Under the pieces are notes generated by a model. That model was not told the origin of the DNA and did no database searches. It was given only the letters and a program-made list of their open reading frames with translations. Made by a program: the position numbers and the translations under genes. Shown here piece after piece: positions 45,020 to 54,797 of a DNA stretch of 64,000 bases. This DNA is from Candidatus Sericytochromatia bacterium (GTDB lineage Bacteria; Cyanobacteriota; Sericytochromatia; S15B-MN24; UBA4093): positions 1-64,000 of the forward strand of contig JAKFBU010000026.1 in NCBI GenBank assembly GCA_036676985.1, written 5' to 3'. The first letter of the stretch is position 1. Each line of letters begins with the position of its first letter.

Positions 45020-46417
45020 TTGAGCCTACCCATCCTGGTGACGCCGGCCGCCAAGCCGCTTCCGTCGAAGCCGACCACGTCTGCTACCCCCTCCGACAAG
45101 CCGTCCTTCTCGCAGGCCATCGGCAATGCCGAGCGCCGCACCGAGACGAAGCCTGTCGCGTCCGACAAGGACGTCGAGGTGAAGAGCACTCCGGACAAGG
45201 CGCTCGAAACGGCCCCCGAGGCCCCGGTCGCCGAGGAGCAGGCCCCGGTCGAGACACCCGTGGCGCAAGACCCCGTCGACCTCCAGATGATGGTCGCAGT
45301 CGCGAGCCAGGTCGCGCTGCCCGTGATCCAGGCGGTCGTCCAGCCGGTCCAGCAGGTCGTCGAGGTGAGCACCGCAGCGGCGCCCGTCGTCGAGACGGCC
45401 GCGCAGGCGCCCGTGCAGACGGCTCCCACCCATTCCAACACCCAGCAGGCCGTCGCCGAGCAGGTGAAGACCCCGGACGTCGCCGCCAAGGCCCCCGTGG
45501 CAATGCCGACCCAGGGCGATGCCCAGGCGAAGCCGGTCGACGCTCAGGTGGCGATCGCTCCCGCGGTCCAGCCCGAGACCGGCGACCAGCAAGGGGAGTC
45601 CCAGGATTCGCAGCCCCAGGCCGACAAGGGCCTCAAGGCTCCGGTGATGCCCGTGGCGACCCAGCAGGTGCCGCAGTCGATCGAGAGCCTGCGCGCCTCC
45701 GAGAAGGTCTCGACCCTCGTGAACGCGGCCCCCGAGGCCGCGATCGCCAAGGCACCGGTGGCGGATGCCGCCAAGCCCGCCCAGGACATCGCGACTGCGG
45801 CCCTCATGACCGAGGCGATGCAGGAAACCGAGACGGCTCAGCCGGCCGGCGAAACCGTCCGCCCCTGGCAGTTGCCGCACGCGGTGGGCAGCGCCGAGGT
45901 CCAGGCCCCGCAGGCCCAGGTCATCGAGGAGGGAGCGCCCACCGGCGAGCCCATGCCCATGCGCGAGGCCATGCGGACGACCTTCACGCAGGCCGCCAAG
46001 GAGCCAGGCAAGATGTCCGAGCTGCGCCTGCAGCTCACGCCCGAGCACCTCGGTCGCATGGAGATCCGCGTGATGTCCCACGAGGGCAACCTGAGCGCCC
46101 AGATCCGGGTGGACCACGCTCAGGCCCGCGACATGATGCAGGTCCAGATCGCCGAGCTGCGCCAGAGCCTCGCGGATCAGGGCATCAAGATCGATCGCCT
46201 GGAGGTCAGCGTCGGGCAGGACAAGCCGCGTGAGCAGTCCTTCGCCTTCGGCGGCAACCTCCAGCAGCAGACCGGACAGCAACAGCAGCAGGCCCACCAG
46301 CCCTCGACGGGCCGCGTGAGCTACTACGGCACCGAGACCTTCGACGAGGCGAGCGAGGAGGCCGAGGGCCTGCCGCTTGCGGGCGTCGGAGCGACGGCCG
46401 TCGATTACCAGGCCTAG
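45020..46417 (+). CDS. fliK: Hook-length control protein FliK
   Basis: P/A/Q-rich disordered region then LQLTPEHLGRMEI..LRQSL..QG T3S4 domain; precedes flgD. Confidence 0.9.
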   Translation: MSLPILVTPAAKPLPSKPTTSATPSDKPSFSQAIGNAERRTETKPVASDKDVEVKSTPDKALETAPEAPVAEEQAPVETPVAQDPVDLQMMVAVASQVALPVIQAVVQPVQQVVEVSTAAAPVVETAAQAPVQTAPTHSNTQQAVAEQVKTPDVAAKAPVAMPTQGDAQAKPVDAQVAIAPAVQPETGDQQGESQDSQPQADKGLKAPVMPVATQQVPQSIESLRASEKVSTLVNAAPEAAIAKAPVADAAKPAQDIATAALMTEAMQETETAQPAGETVRPWQLPHAVGSAEVQAPQAQVIEEGAPTGEPMPMREAMRTTFTQAAKEPGKMSELRLQLTPEHLGRMEIRVMSHEGNLSAQIRVDHAQARDMMQVQIAELRQSLADQGIKIDRLEVSVGQDKPREQSFAFGGNLQQQTGQQQQQAHQPSTGRVSYYGTETFDEASEEAEGLPLAGVGATAVDYQA

Positions 46418-46426
46418 GAGGAAGAC

Positions 46427-46852
46427 ATGGCAGAAACCAACGCCGTCACCGGAGCCGCCGGACAGGCCGCGACGCCCCCCGTCGCCAAGAAGAGCGCCGT
46501 CGGCAAGGACGACTTCCTCAAGCTGCTCGTGACGCAGCTCCGCTTCCAGGACCCCATGAACCCCATGGAGGACAAGGAGTTCATCGCTCAGATGGCTCAG
46601 TTCAACGCCCTGGAGGAGATGCAGAACCTCAACAAGAACCTCGCCGCGCAGAACGAGTTTGCCCAGCTGACGCAGGCCTCGAGCCTCATCGGCAAGACGG
46701 TGGCCATCAAGACCGACAGCGAGCACTTCGCCGGCAAGATCGTCGAGGTCCGGCGGATGGACGGAGAGCTCAAGGTCATGGTCAAACCGCTCGAGGGGGA
46801 TGAGCCCGCTCAACCGTACGATCTCGACAAGATCTCGCAAGTTACGGCCTAA
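46427..46852 (+). CDS. flgD: Hook capping protein FlgD
   Basis: GKDDFLKLLVTQL..QDP.NPM...EFIAQMAQF..LE, LIGKTV. Confidence 0.96.
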   Translation: MAETNAVTGAAGQAATPPVAKKSAVGKDDFLKLLVTQLRFQDPMNPMEDKEFIAQMAQFNALEEMQNLNKNLAAQNEFAQLTQASSLIGKTVAIKTDSEHFAGKIVEVRRMDGELKVMVKPLEGDEPAQPYDLDKISQVTA

Positions 46853-46857
46853 ATCGC

Positions 46858-46884
46858 TAAAGGTCGCGCTCGGCTGGTCGATAC
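46858..46884 (+). promoter_or_regulatory. Sigma28 (FliA/SigD)-type promoter
   Basis: TAAA-N15-GTCGATAC versus consensus TAAA-N15-GCCGATAA. Confidence 0.7.
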
Positions 46885-46902
46885 GGAGATCAGGAGACGC
46901 CA

Positions 46903-47286
46903 ATGGAACTCAACGACCTTCATTTCGCCACGGGGCCGGTCGGTCCCATCGCACCCCGGGTCCCGGTCCAGGCGCCAAGTTCGACGGAAGTCCCGGCTCA
47001 ATCCTTCGGGGCGGTCCTCGATACCAAGGAGCGAGAGGTCAAATTCTCAGGGCACGCCCTGGCTCGCCTCAAGTTCCGGAACATCGAGATGAACCCCGGC
47101 CGGATGGAGCGGTTGTCGGAAGCGATTGATCGAGCGGCCGCCAAGGGCGCGAGGGATTCGCTGGTCCTGATGGACGACACGGCCTTCGTCGTCTCGGTCA
47201 AGAATCGCACCGTCATCACCGCGGTCGACGGGGCGAGCCTCAAGGAAAACGTGTTCACCAAGATCGACAGCGCGGTCATCGTCTAG
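46903..47286 (+). CDS. Flagellar operon protein, TIGR02530 family
   Basis: KFS.HA..RL..R.I, A..KG..DSLVL.D..A.VVSVKNRTVITA, NVFT.IDSAVI; between flgD and flgE. Confidence 0.9.
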   Translation: MELNDLHFATGPVGPIAPRVPVQAPSSTEVPAQSFGAVLDTKEREVKFSGHALARLKFRNIEMNPGRMERLSEAIDRAAAKGARDSLVLMDDTAFVVSVKNRTVITAVDGASLKENVFTKIDSAVIV

Positions 47287-47308
47287 TTCAAGGTTTACGG
47301 TCATCACT

Positions 47309-47371
47309 GCAGGATAGGCTGGACCCGGAAGGGAAGCCGAGCGAAAGGCCAGACGCGCCTTCGCTACCTGC
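47309..47371 (+). ncRNA. Candidate structured cis-regulatory RNA in the flgE leader
   Basis: GCAGG/CCTGC closing stem enclosing GGCT..CCC-GGAA-GGG..AGCC and AGCGAAAGGC..GCCTTCGCT; ends 9 nt before the flgE RBS. Confidence 0.5.
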
Positions 47372-47394
47372 CTCGAGTATGAGGAGGAGCCCCG

Positions 47395-48732
47395 ATGCTT
47401 CGTTCGCTCAATTCCGGCGTTTCCGGTCTGCGCAACCAGCAGGTTCGCCTGGACGTCATCGGCAACAACATCGCCAACGTCAACACCGTGGGCTACAAGG
47501 CCCACCGCGTGAACTTCCAGGAGCAATTCTCGCAGACGCTGCGCGGCGGTTCGGCTCCGAGCGGGGCCCTGGGCGGCACCAACCCCACTCAGGTCGGTCT
47601 GGGCGTGACGGTCGGCTCCATCGACCTCATCCAGTCGCAGGGCTCCTTGAACCCGACCGGCAAGAACACGGACCTGGCCATCAGCGGTGAGGGCTTCTTC
47701 ATCATCAGCGACGGCAAGCAGCAGGTCTACACCCGCGATGGCGCCTTCGACTTCGACCGCTCGGGCAACCTGGTCAAGATCTCGAACGGATTCCGCGTGA
47801 TGGGCTGGAACGCTCAGATGCAGCCCAACGGCAGCGCCACGGTGGACACCTCGCGGGTTCCCGAGGCCCTCGTGGTTCCTGCCGGCACCACCCTCAACCC
47901 ACAGCCGACGAGCTACGTCAAGCTGGGCTCGAATCTCGAACAGCAATCGCCTGCCGGAAATGAGGCCCGCTCTTCAATCAGCATCTACGACTCGGCCGGT
48001 AACGTCCATAAGGGCAGCGTCGTATTTGAGCGGGACGCGGTGGTCAATACGTGGAACGTGTCGTTCATTCCGGATGATCAGACGATGTTCGATACCACCG
48101 GGGCTGGCTGGTCAGGCGTTACCACGCGTGAGCTGGCGCTGGGCAACATCACCTTCGATGACAAGGGCGTCTTGCTCAACAATGCGGTCTCCACACTCGA
48201 CCTGACGCCGTCGGCGCTCAACGCCGGTAAGTTCTCCAACCTCAGCATCACCCTCGATGTCGGCACGGTTGGCAAGACGGATGGCCTGACCCAGTTTGCC
48301 GACCCCAAGTCGGATGCCTCGACCGGCTACTACAACCACACGGCCGTCATGGTCGACCAGAACGGCTTCTCGTCGGGCGCCCTGTCCGGTGTCTCCATCG
48401 GCAGCGACGGCAAGATGATGGGCATCTTCACCAACGGCCGCACCCGCATCCTTGGCCAGGTGGCCATGGCGACCTTCACCAACCCGGTGGGTCTCGCGGT
48501 CAACGGCGACAACATCTTCGCCTCGACCCCCAACTCGGGTGAGCCGCAGGTCGGCATCGCCGGCTCGGGCTCGCGCGGCCTCATCGCCCCCGGCACCCTG
48601 GAGAATTCGAACGTGGACCTGGCGTCGTCCTTCGCGGACCTGATCGTCGCCCAGCGCGGTCTCCAGTCCAACTCGAAGATCATCACGTCGTCCGATGAGG
48701 TCCTCCAGGAGCTCATGAGCCTCAAGCGGTAG
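47395..48732 (+). CDS. flgE: Flagellar hook protein FlgE
   Basis: SGVSGL...Q..LDVIGNNIANVNTVGYK, DLAI.GEGFF, YTRDGAF, LE.SNVDLA..F..LIVAQRG. Confidence 0.96.
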   Translation: MLRSLNSGVSGLRNQQVRLDVIGNNIANVNTVGYKAHRVNFQEQFSQTLRGGSAPSGALGGTNPTQVGLGVTVGSIDLIQSQGSLNPTGKNTDLAISGEGFFIISDGKQQVYTRDGAFDFDRSGNLVKISNGFRVMGWNAQMQPNGSATVDTSRVPEALVVPAGTTLNPQPTSYVKLGSNLEQQSPAGNEARSSISIYDSAGNVHKGSVVFERDAVVNTWNVSFIPDDQTMFDTTGAGWSGVTTRELALGNITFDDKGVLLNNAVSTLDLTPSALNAGKFSNLSITLDVGTVGKTDGLTQFADPKSDASTGYYNHTAVMVDQNGFSSGALSGVSIGSDGKMMGIFTNGRTRILGQVAMATFTNPVGLAVNGDNIFASTPNSGEPQVGIAGSGSRGLIAPGTLENSNVDLASSFADLIVAQRGLQSNSKIITSSDEVLQELMSLKR

Positions 48733-48742
48733 GAGTTAGTCC

Positions 48743-49927
48743 TTGGATATCGGCGGCGTCGGGCTCGGCCCGACCGGATTCTCTGCGGTCCCGCCCGAAA
48801 CCGCCCTCGACCCGCAGCGGTCGGGCCTGGCGGGGGCGGTCCGCGAGAAGCTCGGTCAGGTGCGGCAGGCGCCGCTCGACCTTTTAAGCGACGAGCGATT
48901 GGGCCGGGAGCTGGAGTCTCTCGGCCTTCGCCCTGATGCGGGCAAGCTCCTGGCGGCGCGCGCCCTGATCAAGCTTCAGGGGCGCATCGACCCGACGTTG
49001 CTCGCCGACGTCGAGCGCAGCCTTCAGACGCTCGGCAATCCGGGACTGCCCGAGGCCGAGGCGGCGGCCTTCCTCGCCGCTCGACGCTTGCCTGCCACAC
49101 CGGACGCCATGTCGTGGGTGCTGGGTCGTCAGCACTCTCCCGAATCGGCCGGGGCCCGGATGATTGCCATCATCCAGCGGTTCGTGGCCGCCATGGCTGC
49201 CCGGACGGCGGGGCAAGGAACCCCAGCGGGGAGTGAATCCCCCCACCGGGGGGCGGGAGCCTCAAGCCAGGGGGCTACGACCGGGGCCAAGGCCAGTGAC
49301 CTGCTCAGCCAGCTCGAGAGCCTCACCTTGCCTGAAGGGGACGTCCAGAAGGTGACGGAGGGCCTCAGGCGTCTGGTGAACGCCATGCGGCCCCAGGAGG
49401 CCGACCTCGCGCGTGAGCAAGTGACCGTCGCCAAAGAGCGGCTGAGCGCCATGGCGGCCAAGGTCCTCGCCGAGTCGCCCCAGGAGGCCGGCGCGCGCGA
49501 GGTGCACGACGAGGCGCGCTTCCAGCAGGTCCGAAATGCTCGACAAGAGGGTCAGGAACCGCATGAATTCGTCATTCCCGTCTGGTGGAATGGTGGAAGC
49601 GGCGAGATCCGGGTACAAGAGCGTGCGAAGGGGGCGCCGCGACGCGCCGAGGAAGACTCGGCACCCGTACGGGTCGTGATGTCCCTGAATACACCTCACC
49701 TCGGGCCCTTGCGCGTCGATTTACTTTTGGCCCAGCGCCAGGTAAACTGTCTGGTCGCTGTGCAAGATCAAGGCGCTGCCGACTTTCTGACGCCGCGTCT
49801 GACGGAATTACGCTCAGCCATCGAGGAAACAGGTATCCACGTCCACGTGATGGGCATGAAGCCCTTCGCCCCGGACGACGGACACCCGGATCCGGGTGAC
49901 GCCAAGGGCGTGGATTACTACGGGTAG
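48743..49927 (+). CDS. Second FliK-like (T3S4 C-terminal domain) protein
   Basis: C-terminal L.TPHLGPLRV.L......V.C....L..L...I...G; precedes a stand-alone FlhB-C gene. Confidence 0.65.
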   Translation: MDIGGVGLGPTGFSAVPPETALDPQRSGLAGAVREKLGQVRQAPLDLLSDERLGRELESLGLRPDAGKLLAARALIKLQGRIDPTLLADVERSLQTLGNPGLPEAEAAAFLAARRLPATPDAMSWVLGRQHSPESAGARMIAIIQRFVAAMAARTAGQGTPAGSESPHRGAGASSQGATTGAKASDLLSQLESLTLPEGDVQKVTEGLRRLVNAMRPQEADLAREQVTVAKERLSAMAAKVLAESPQEAGAREVHDEARFQQVRNARQEGQEPHEFVIPVWWNGGSGEIRVQERAKGAPRRAEEDSAPVRVVMSLNTPHLGPLRVDLLLAQRQVNCLVAVQDQGAADFLTPRLTELRSAIEETGIHVHVMGMKPFAPDDGHPDPGDAKGVDYYG

Positions 49928-49933
49928 GGCGCG

Positions 49934-50221
49934 ATGGCCGAGTCGGAAGACGAGCTGAAGCAGGCGGTCGCGCTGCGCTACGAGGACGGGGTCGACGAGG
50001 CTCCGCGCATCGTCGCTGCAGGCAAGGGGCTGGTCGCCGAGAAGATTCTGACCTTGGCCGTCGAAAATGACGTGGCCATTCATCGGGATCCGCTCTTGGT
50101 GCAGGGGTTGGCCGCCCTGGAAGTCGGTGAGCAGATTCCCGCCGAGTTCTACCCGATGGTGGCCGAGATTCTGGTGTTCGTGCAGCGCATGAACCGGGAG
50201 AAGGGAAACGAACGGCGTTGA
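49934..50221 (+). CDS. Stand-alone FlhB C-terminal-domain protein (EscU/YscU-like, FlhX type)
   Basis: AVALRY....APRIVA.GKG..AEKI...A....V.I, IP.E.Y..VAEIL. Confidence 0.9.
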   Translation: MAESEDELKQAVALRYEDGVDEAPRIVAAGKGLVAEKILTLAVENDVAIHRDPLLVQGLAALEVGEQIPAEFYPMVAEILVFVQRMNREKGNERR

Positions 50222-50475
50222 TCAAGCTGACGCGGCTGAACGGTAACGAGTTCATCGTCAACTGCGACCTCATCGAGAACGTGGAGACGGCGCCCGACAC
50301 CATCGTCTCGCTGACCACCAACCAGCGATACGTGGTTCGGGAGAGCGCGGACGAGGTGGTCGAGCGCGTGGCGGAGTTCAAGCGCCGCAGCCATCCCGAT
50401 GCACGGCTGTTCTTGAAGGTCCCTGCGGCACCGGCGGCTGACGCTGAGCCCGCGGCGCAGGACACGGAGGTCTAA
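50218..50475 (+). CDS. flbD: Flagellar protein FlbD (SwrD-like)
   Basis: MIKLTRLNG..F.VN.DLIE.VE..PDT.V.L....YVV.ES..EV. Confidence 0.92.
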   Translation: MIKLTRLNGNEFIVNCDLIENVETAPDTIVSLTTNQRYVVRESADEVVERVAEFKRRSHPDARLFLKVPAAPAADAEPAAQDTEV

Positions 50476-50478
50476 GCG

Positions 50479-51258
50479 GTGGAAATCGCAACGATTCTAG
50501 GGCTGCTCCTCGGCTGGGGAGCCATGCTTGCCGCCAACGTGCTGGAAGGCGGCCATCTCAGCTCCCTGTGGCAGTACACGGCCTTCATCATCGTGTTCGG
50601 CGGCACCATCGGCGCCACCCTGATTGCCTTCCCCCTGAAGGACGTCCTGGCGCTGCCCAAGCTCATCGGTCTGACCTTCCAACCCAACCCCTACGACGCC
50701 TCCGCGCTCATCCCCCAGCTGGTGGGCTACGCCGAGAAGGCCCGCCGCGAGGGCCTGCTCGCCCTGGAAGCGGACCTCGCCGAGGCGGGCGATGAATTCC
50801 TCCAGAAGGGCATGCAGATGGTGGCCGACGGCATCGACCAGCACACCGTCCGCGACATGCTCGAGACCGAACTCAGCTTCATTGCGAGCCGCCACGCCGC
50901 GTCCTTCGGTATCCTGGAGGCCATGGGCGGCTTCGCGCCCACCATGGGCATCATCGGCACGGTCATGGGCCTCATCCACGTGCTTGGCAACCTGAGCGAT
51001 CCGAGCAACCTGGGCGGCGCCATCGCCGTCGCCTTCGTCGCCACCCTGTACGGCGTCTGGACCGCGAACCTCCTGTGGCTGCCCCTGGGCACCAAGCTCA
51101 AGCGCCGTAGCGAGCAGGAGATCCTGGTGCGCGAGATGATGCTCGCGGGCATCCTCGCCATCCAGGCCGGCGACAACCCCCAGATCGTCGAGGAGAAGCT
51201 CAAGAGCTACCTGTCGCCGGCCATGCGCCGGGCCCTCAAGCCGGCTGAGGAGGCCTAG
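50479..51258 (+). CDS. motA: Stator protein MotA
   Basis: A.IIV.GGT.GA, ARREGLLALE, APTMGIIGTV.GLI, AFVATLYG. Confidence 0.96.
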   Translation: MEIATILGLLLGWGAMLAANVLEGGHLSSLWQYTAFIIVFGGTIGATLIAFPLKDVLALPKLIGLTFQPNPYDASALIPQLVGYAEKARREGLLALEADLAEAGDEFLQKGMQMVADGIDQHTVRDMLETELSFIASRHAASFGILEAMGGFAPTMGIIGTVMGLIHVLGNLSDPSNLGGAIAVAFVATLYGVWTANLLWLPLGTKLKRRSEQEILVREMMLAGILAIQAGDNPQIVEEKLKSYLSPAMRRALKPAEEA

Positions 51259-51260
51259 GC

Positions 51261-52031
51261 ATGGGCGGGCGGCGTGGACGCGGACATCACGGCGGGGGCG
51301 GGCACTCCTCGGGTGAGCGCTGGCTCATCACCTATGCCGACCTGATCACGCTGCTCCTGGTGTTCTTCGTCGTCATGTACGCCATGTCCCAGGTCGACAA
51401 GGCCAAGTACGAGAAGCTCAAGGACTCGCTCTCCAAGTCCATGACGGTGGTCGGCGCGGGTGGCCGCGACGACACCATCATCCAGGGCGGCGCGGGCGTG
51501 CTGCCGCAGGAGAACGTCATCTTGGCGCCCGAGCAGCTCGAGTTCGAGCGCATCGCCAAGGACGTCGAGCAGATGGCCAAGGAGGCCGGCCTCGAGGGCC
51601 AGGTCGAGACGACCTTGGACAAGCAGGGCCTGGTCGTCTCCATCTCCAACGCGGGCTTCTTCGAGCCCGGCGAGGCCACCCTGCGCGGCGAGGTGGTTCC
51701 CACCCTGGACCGGATCGCGCGCATGCTCAAGGCCGCCGATCACGATCTGCGGATCGAGGGACACACCGACAACATCCCTATCTCCACCCCCAAGTACCCG
51801 TCCAACTGGGAACTGTCGGCCGTGCGCGCCACCACGATCGTGCGGTTCCTGGTAGAGCGCCATTCCCTCGCGCCTCGCCGGTTATCCGCCGCGGGGTACG
51901 GGGAATACTACCCGAAGGTACCCAACGACACCGAAGCCCATCGCGCCCAGAATCGCCGCGTTGACATCGTCGTCCTGCGCAACGCGCAGGCTCCGGCTGC
52001 GCCGACGTCCGGCGGAGCCGCATCCAGGTAG
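51261..52031 (+). CDS. motB: Stator protein MotB
   Basis: ERWLITYADLITLLL.FF, EGHTD, NWELS..RA, NRRVDI. Confidence 0.96.
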   Translation: MGGRRGRGHHGGGGHSSGERWLITYADLITLLLVFFVVMYAMSQVDKAKYEKLKDSLSKSMTVVGAGGRDDTIIQGGAGVLPQENVILAPEQLEFERIAKDVEQMAKEAGLEGQVETTLDKQGLVVSISNAGFFEPGEATLRGEVVPTLDRIARMLKAADHDLRIEGHTDNIPISTPKYPSNWELSAVRATTIVRFLVERHSLAPRRLSAAGYGEYYPKVPNDTEAHRAQNRRVDIVVLRNAQAPAAPTSGGAASR

Positions 52032-52051
52032 CAGGAGGACCACCTCGCCCC

Positions 52052-52639
52052 ATGGCCACTAACTCCAAGTCCAAGAAGCCCCCCGCCGGCGGCGGGCTCA
52101 ACATGAAGGTCGTCATGGCCGCCGTGGGGATCGCCCTCATCTCGAGCGTGAGCTCGTTCGTGGCGATCCGCTTCGCCATGCCCCGGCAGGTGATCATCGA
52201 GAAGCACATCGTCACCGAGAAGGGCAAGGTCGTCGAGGACAAGCACGAGGAGAAGAAGCACGTCGCGGCTCCCGAGACCTACCCCATCGGCGAGTTCATC
52301 GTGAACCTCTCGGAACCCGGCCGTCGCTACCTCAAGACGAGCGTCACGCTCTTGGTCGCGGCCGAAGAGGCCCACGGCGATGGCAAGAAGGACGAGGGCG
52401 GCGGTCACGGCGGGGGTGGCGACAAGGACGCCAACGCGGCCGTCAAGGCGGCCATGTCGCCCTACGAGGCCCTCTACAAGGACACCATCATCACCACGCT
52501 GTCCCGCCAGACGATCGCCCGCCTGCAGGCGCCCGGCGGCTGGGCGTTGGTCAAGGACGAGCTCAAGGTCGCCCTCAACAAGGCCGTTCCGGACAAGAAG
52601 ATCGTGGGCGTGCTGTTCACGGATTTCATCATCCAGTAG
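52052..52639 (+). CDS. fliL: Basal-body associated protein FliL
   Basis: N-terminal TM, EFIVNL, RYLK, C-terminal VLFTDFIIQ. Confidence 0.9.
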   Translation: MATNSKSKKPPAGGGLNMKVVMAAVGIALISSVSSFVAIRFAMPRQVIIEKHIVTEKGKVVEDKHEEKKHVAAPETYPIGEFIVNLSEPGRRYLKTSVTLLVAAEEAHGDGKKDEGGGHGGGGDKDANAAVKAAMSPYEALYKDTIITTLSRQTIARLQAPGGWALVKDELKVALNKAVPDKKIVGVLFTDFIIQ

Positions 52640-52651
52640 GAGTCGGTCCGC

Positions 52652-53671
52652 ATGTCGGAGATCCTGTCCCAATCCGAAATCGACGCCCTGCTGTCGGCGC
52701 TCTCCTCCGGGGACCTCACCCCGGAGAAGCCCATGGCGGCGCCGGTGGCGGCCGTCGAGGAGGAGCAGATCCGGCGTACGGTCAAGATCTACGACTTCAA
52801 GCGCCAGAACAAGTTCTCCAAGGATCACATCCGCACCCTGTCGATGATCCACGAGGCCTTCGCGCGCCTCCTGAGCACCTCCATGTCCGGCCAGCTGCGC
52901 ATGCTGGTCCAGGTCGAGGTGGTCTCGGTCGAGCAGCTGACCTTCGACGAGTACTCGCGATCGCTGCCCTCGCCCACCATCCTCAACGTCTTCACCATGG
53001 AGCCCCTGGTCGGCACCAGCCTCTTCGAGGTCAACATCGACATCACCTCGGCCATCATCGACCGCCTCCTGGGCGGTCCGGGTCGGGTGACGCGCATCCG
53101 CCGCGACCTGACCGACATCGAGCGGACGCTCATCTCGAGCATCACCCAGCGCCTCTTGAGCACGCTGAGCGAGGCATGGCAGAACGTGCTGACCTTCAGC
53201 CCCAAGCTCGAGACCATGGAGATGAATCCGCGCTTCGTCCAGATCGTCCCGCCCTCCGACCCGGTCGTGCTCATTACCTTCGAGGCCAAGTTCGGCGAGA
53301 ACACGGGGCCCCTGTCCCTGTGCATCCCCTACATCGTGCTCGAGCCCGTGATGAGCAAGATCTCGGCGCAGGCCATGTTCGCCACCCAGCGCCAGAGTCA
53401 GTCCAGCGAGTACCGGGCGAACCTGACCGGGCGCGTGAACGCGACCAACGTGCCCTTCCAGGTAGTGCTTGGCGAGACCACTGTGTCGGTTTCGGACGTG
53501 ATATCCTTAGGCGTGGGCGACGTTCTGCCGCTCGGGACGCCCGTAGACAACGAGCTGTCCATCATGGTGGGCGAGCGCCTCAAGTTCATGGGGCGTCCCG
53601 GCACGATCCGGAACAAAATGGCGGTGCAAATCACCGAAGTCATCGATAACACGGAAGGGGAAGAGGCATGA
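52652..53671 (+). CDS. fliM: Motor switch protein FliM
   Basis: [31 protein letters not shown]. Confidence 0.97.
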   Translation: MSEILSQSEIDALLSALSSGDLTPEKPMAAPVAAVEEEQIRRTVKIYDFKRQNKFSKDHIRTLSMIHEAFARLLSTSMSGQLRMLVQVEVVSVEQLTFDEYSRSLPSPTILNVFTMEPLVGTSLFEVNIDITSAIIDRLLGGPGRVTRIRRDLTDIERTLISSITQRLLSTLSEAWQNVLTFSPKLETMEMNPRFVQIVPPSDPVVLITFEAKFGENTGPLSLCIPYIVLEPVMSKISAQAMFATQRQSQSSEYRANLTGRVNATNVPFQVVLGETTVSVSDVISLGVGDVLPLGTPVDNELSIMVGERLKFMGRPGTIRNKMAVQITEVIDNTEGEEA

Positions 53672-54759
53672 GCGAAGGGTTGACGCCCGAACTTCTGGGG
53701 TCACTCGAGCAGGTCGGCCAGCTCGCGCTGGGTTCCGGTGCGACCACCCTGTCGATCCTGCTGAACAAGCAGGTCACCATCGGCTCGCCCAAGATCTCCG
53801 TGGTATCGCCCGGCGAGCTCGCCTCGGTCATCAAGGACCCCCTGGTCCACGTGGACGTGAACGCCAGCGCCGGCGGCTCGTCCATGGCCATCGGCTTCGT
53901 CCTCACCCAGCACGACACGGCCATCATCACGGACCTCATGATGGGCGGCGAGGGCACCCCGCCGTCGGCCATCATCGATGACCTCCAGCTCTCGGCCATC
54001 TCCGAGGCCGTCAACCAGATGCTCGGCATGGCCGCCAACACCCTCGGGTCGACCTACGGCAAGAAGCTCGAGGTCCAGCCGCCGCACGCGGGCGTCATCG
54101 ACAACCCCGAGGACGCCCTGCTGCCCGCGGTCTACCAGGAGCCCCAGATCGTCATCATCGCCTACCAGATGACCATCGAGGGCCTGGTCACCAGCACGCT
54201 CCTCCAGATGATGCCCGAGTCCTCGGCCATCTCCATGGCCCAGGTCTACCAGGCGGCTCCCCAGGAAAAGACGGTAGCCCCTGCAGCCGCCGCACCGGCT
54301 CCGGCGCCCCAGCCCGTGGCGCAGCCGGCACCTCAGCCCATGCAGCCGGCGCCCCAGCCGATGGCGCAGCCCGCGTACGCGGCAGCTCCGCAGCCCGTCT
54401 ATGCGGCGCCCCAGCCTTCGCCTTTCTCTCAGCCCGTCAACGCCCAGCCTGCGCAGTTCACCCCCCTGATGGGCGCCGGCATCCCCTCGACGCCGCCCTC
54501 GGGTCTCGACCTGGTGCTGGACGTCCCCCTCAAGGTCACCGTCGAGCTGGGTCGAACCCGCATGCAGATCCGCGACGTCCTCGAGCTCGGCAAGGGCTCG
54601 GTGGTCGAGCTGGACAAGCTCGCCGGCGAGCCGGTCGACCTCTTGGTCAACGGCAAGCTGATTGCCCGCGGCGAGGTGGTCGTCATCGACGAGAACTTCG
54701 GCATCCGCGTCACGGACATCGTGAGCCCCGCCGAGCGCTTCAGCTCCTTCCGCAGCTAA
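53668..54759 (+). CDS. fliY: Switch protein FliY (CheC-like + FliN domain)
   Basis: DLMMGG.G, SEAVNQM, C-terminal [36 protein letters not shown]. Confidence 0.92.
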   Translation: MSEGLTPELLGSLEQVGQLALGSGATTLSILLNKQVTIGSPKISVVSPGELASVIKDPLVHVDVNASAGGSSMAIGFVLTQHDTAIITDLMMGGEGTPPSAIIDDLQLSAISEAVNQMLGMAANTLGSTYGKKLEVQPPHAGVIDNPEDALLPAVYQEPQIVIIAYQMTIEGLVTSTLLQMMPESSAISMAQVYQAAPQEKTVAPAAAAPAPAPQPVAQPAPQPMQPAPQPMAQPAYAAAPQPVYAAPQPSPFSQPVNAQPAQFTPLMGAGIPSTPPSGLDLVLDVPLKVTVELGRTRMQIRDVLELGKGSVVELDKLAGEPVDLLVNGKLIARGEVVVIDENFGIRVTDIVSPAERFSSFRS

Positions 54760-54797
54760 TCAGGAGAGTCCGCGCCCCGGAGGGCGCGGCCACCGCT

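Noticed and set aside
54270-54450. Repeated CAGCC units in fliY as a DNA repeat array or CRISPR
   Set aside because: They only encode a P/Q/A-rich linker; there is no repeat-spacer structure, and no CRISPR array was seen anywhere in the window.
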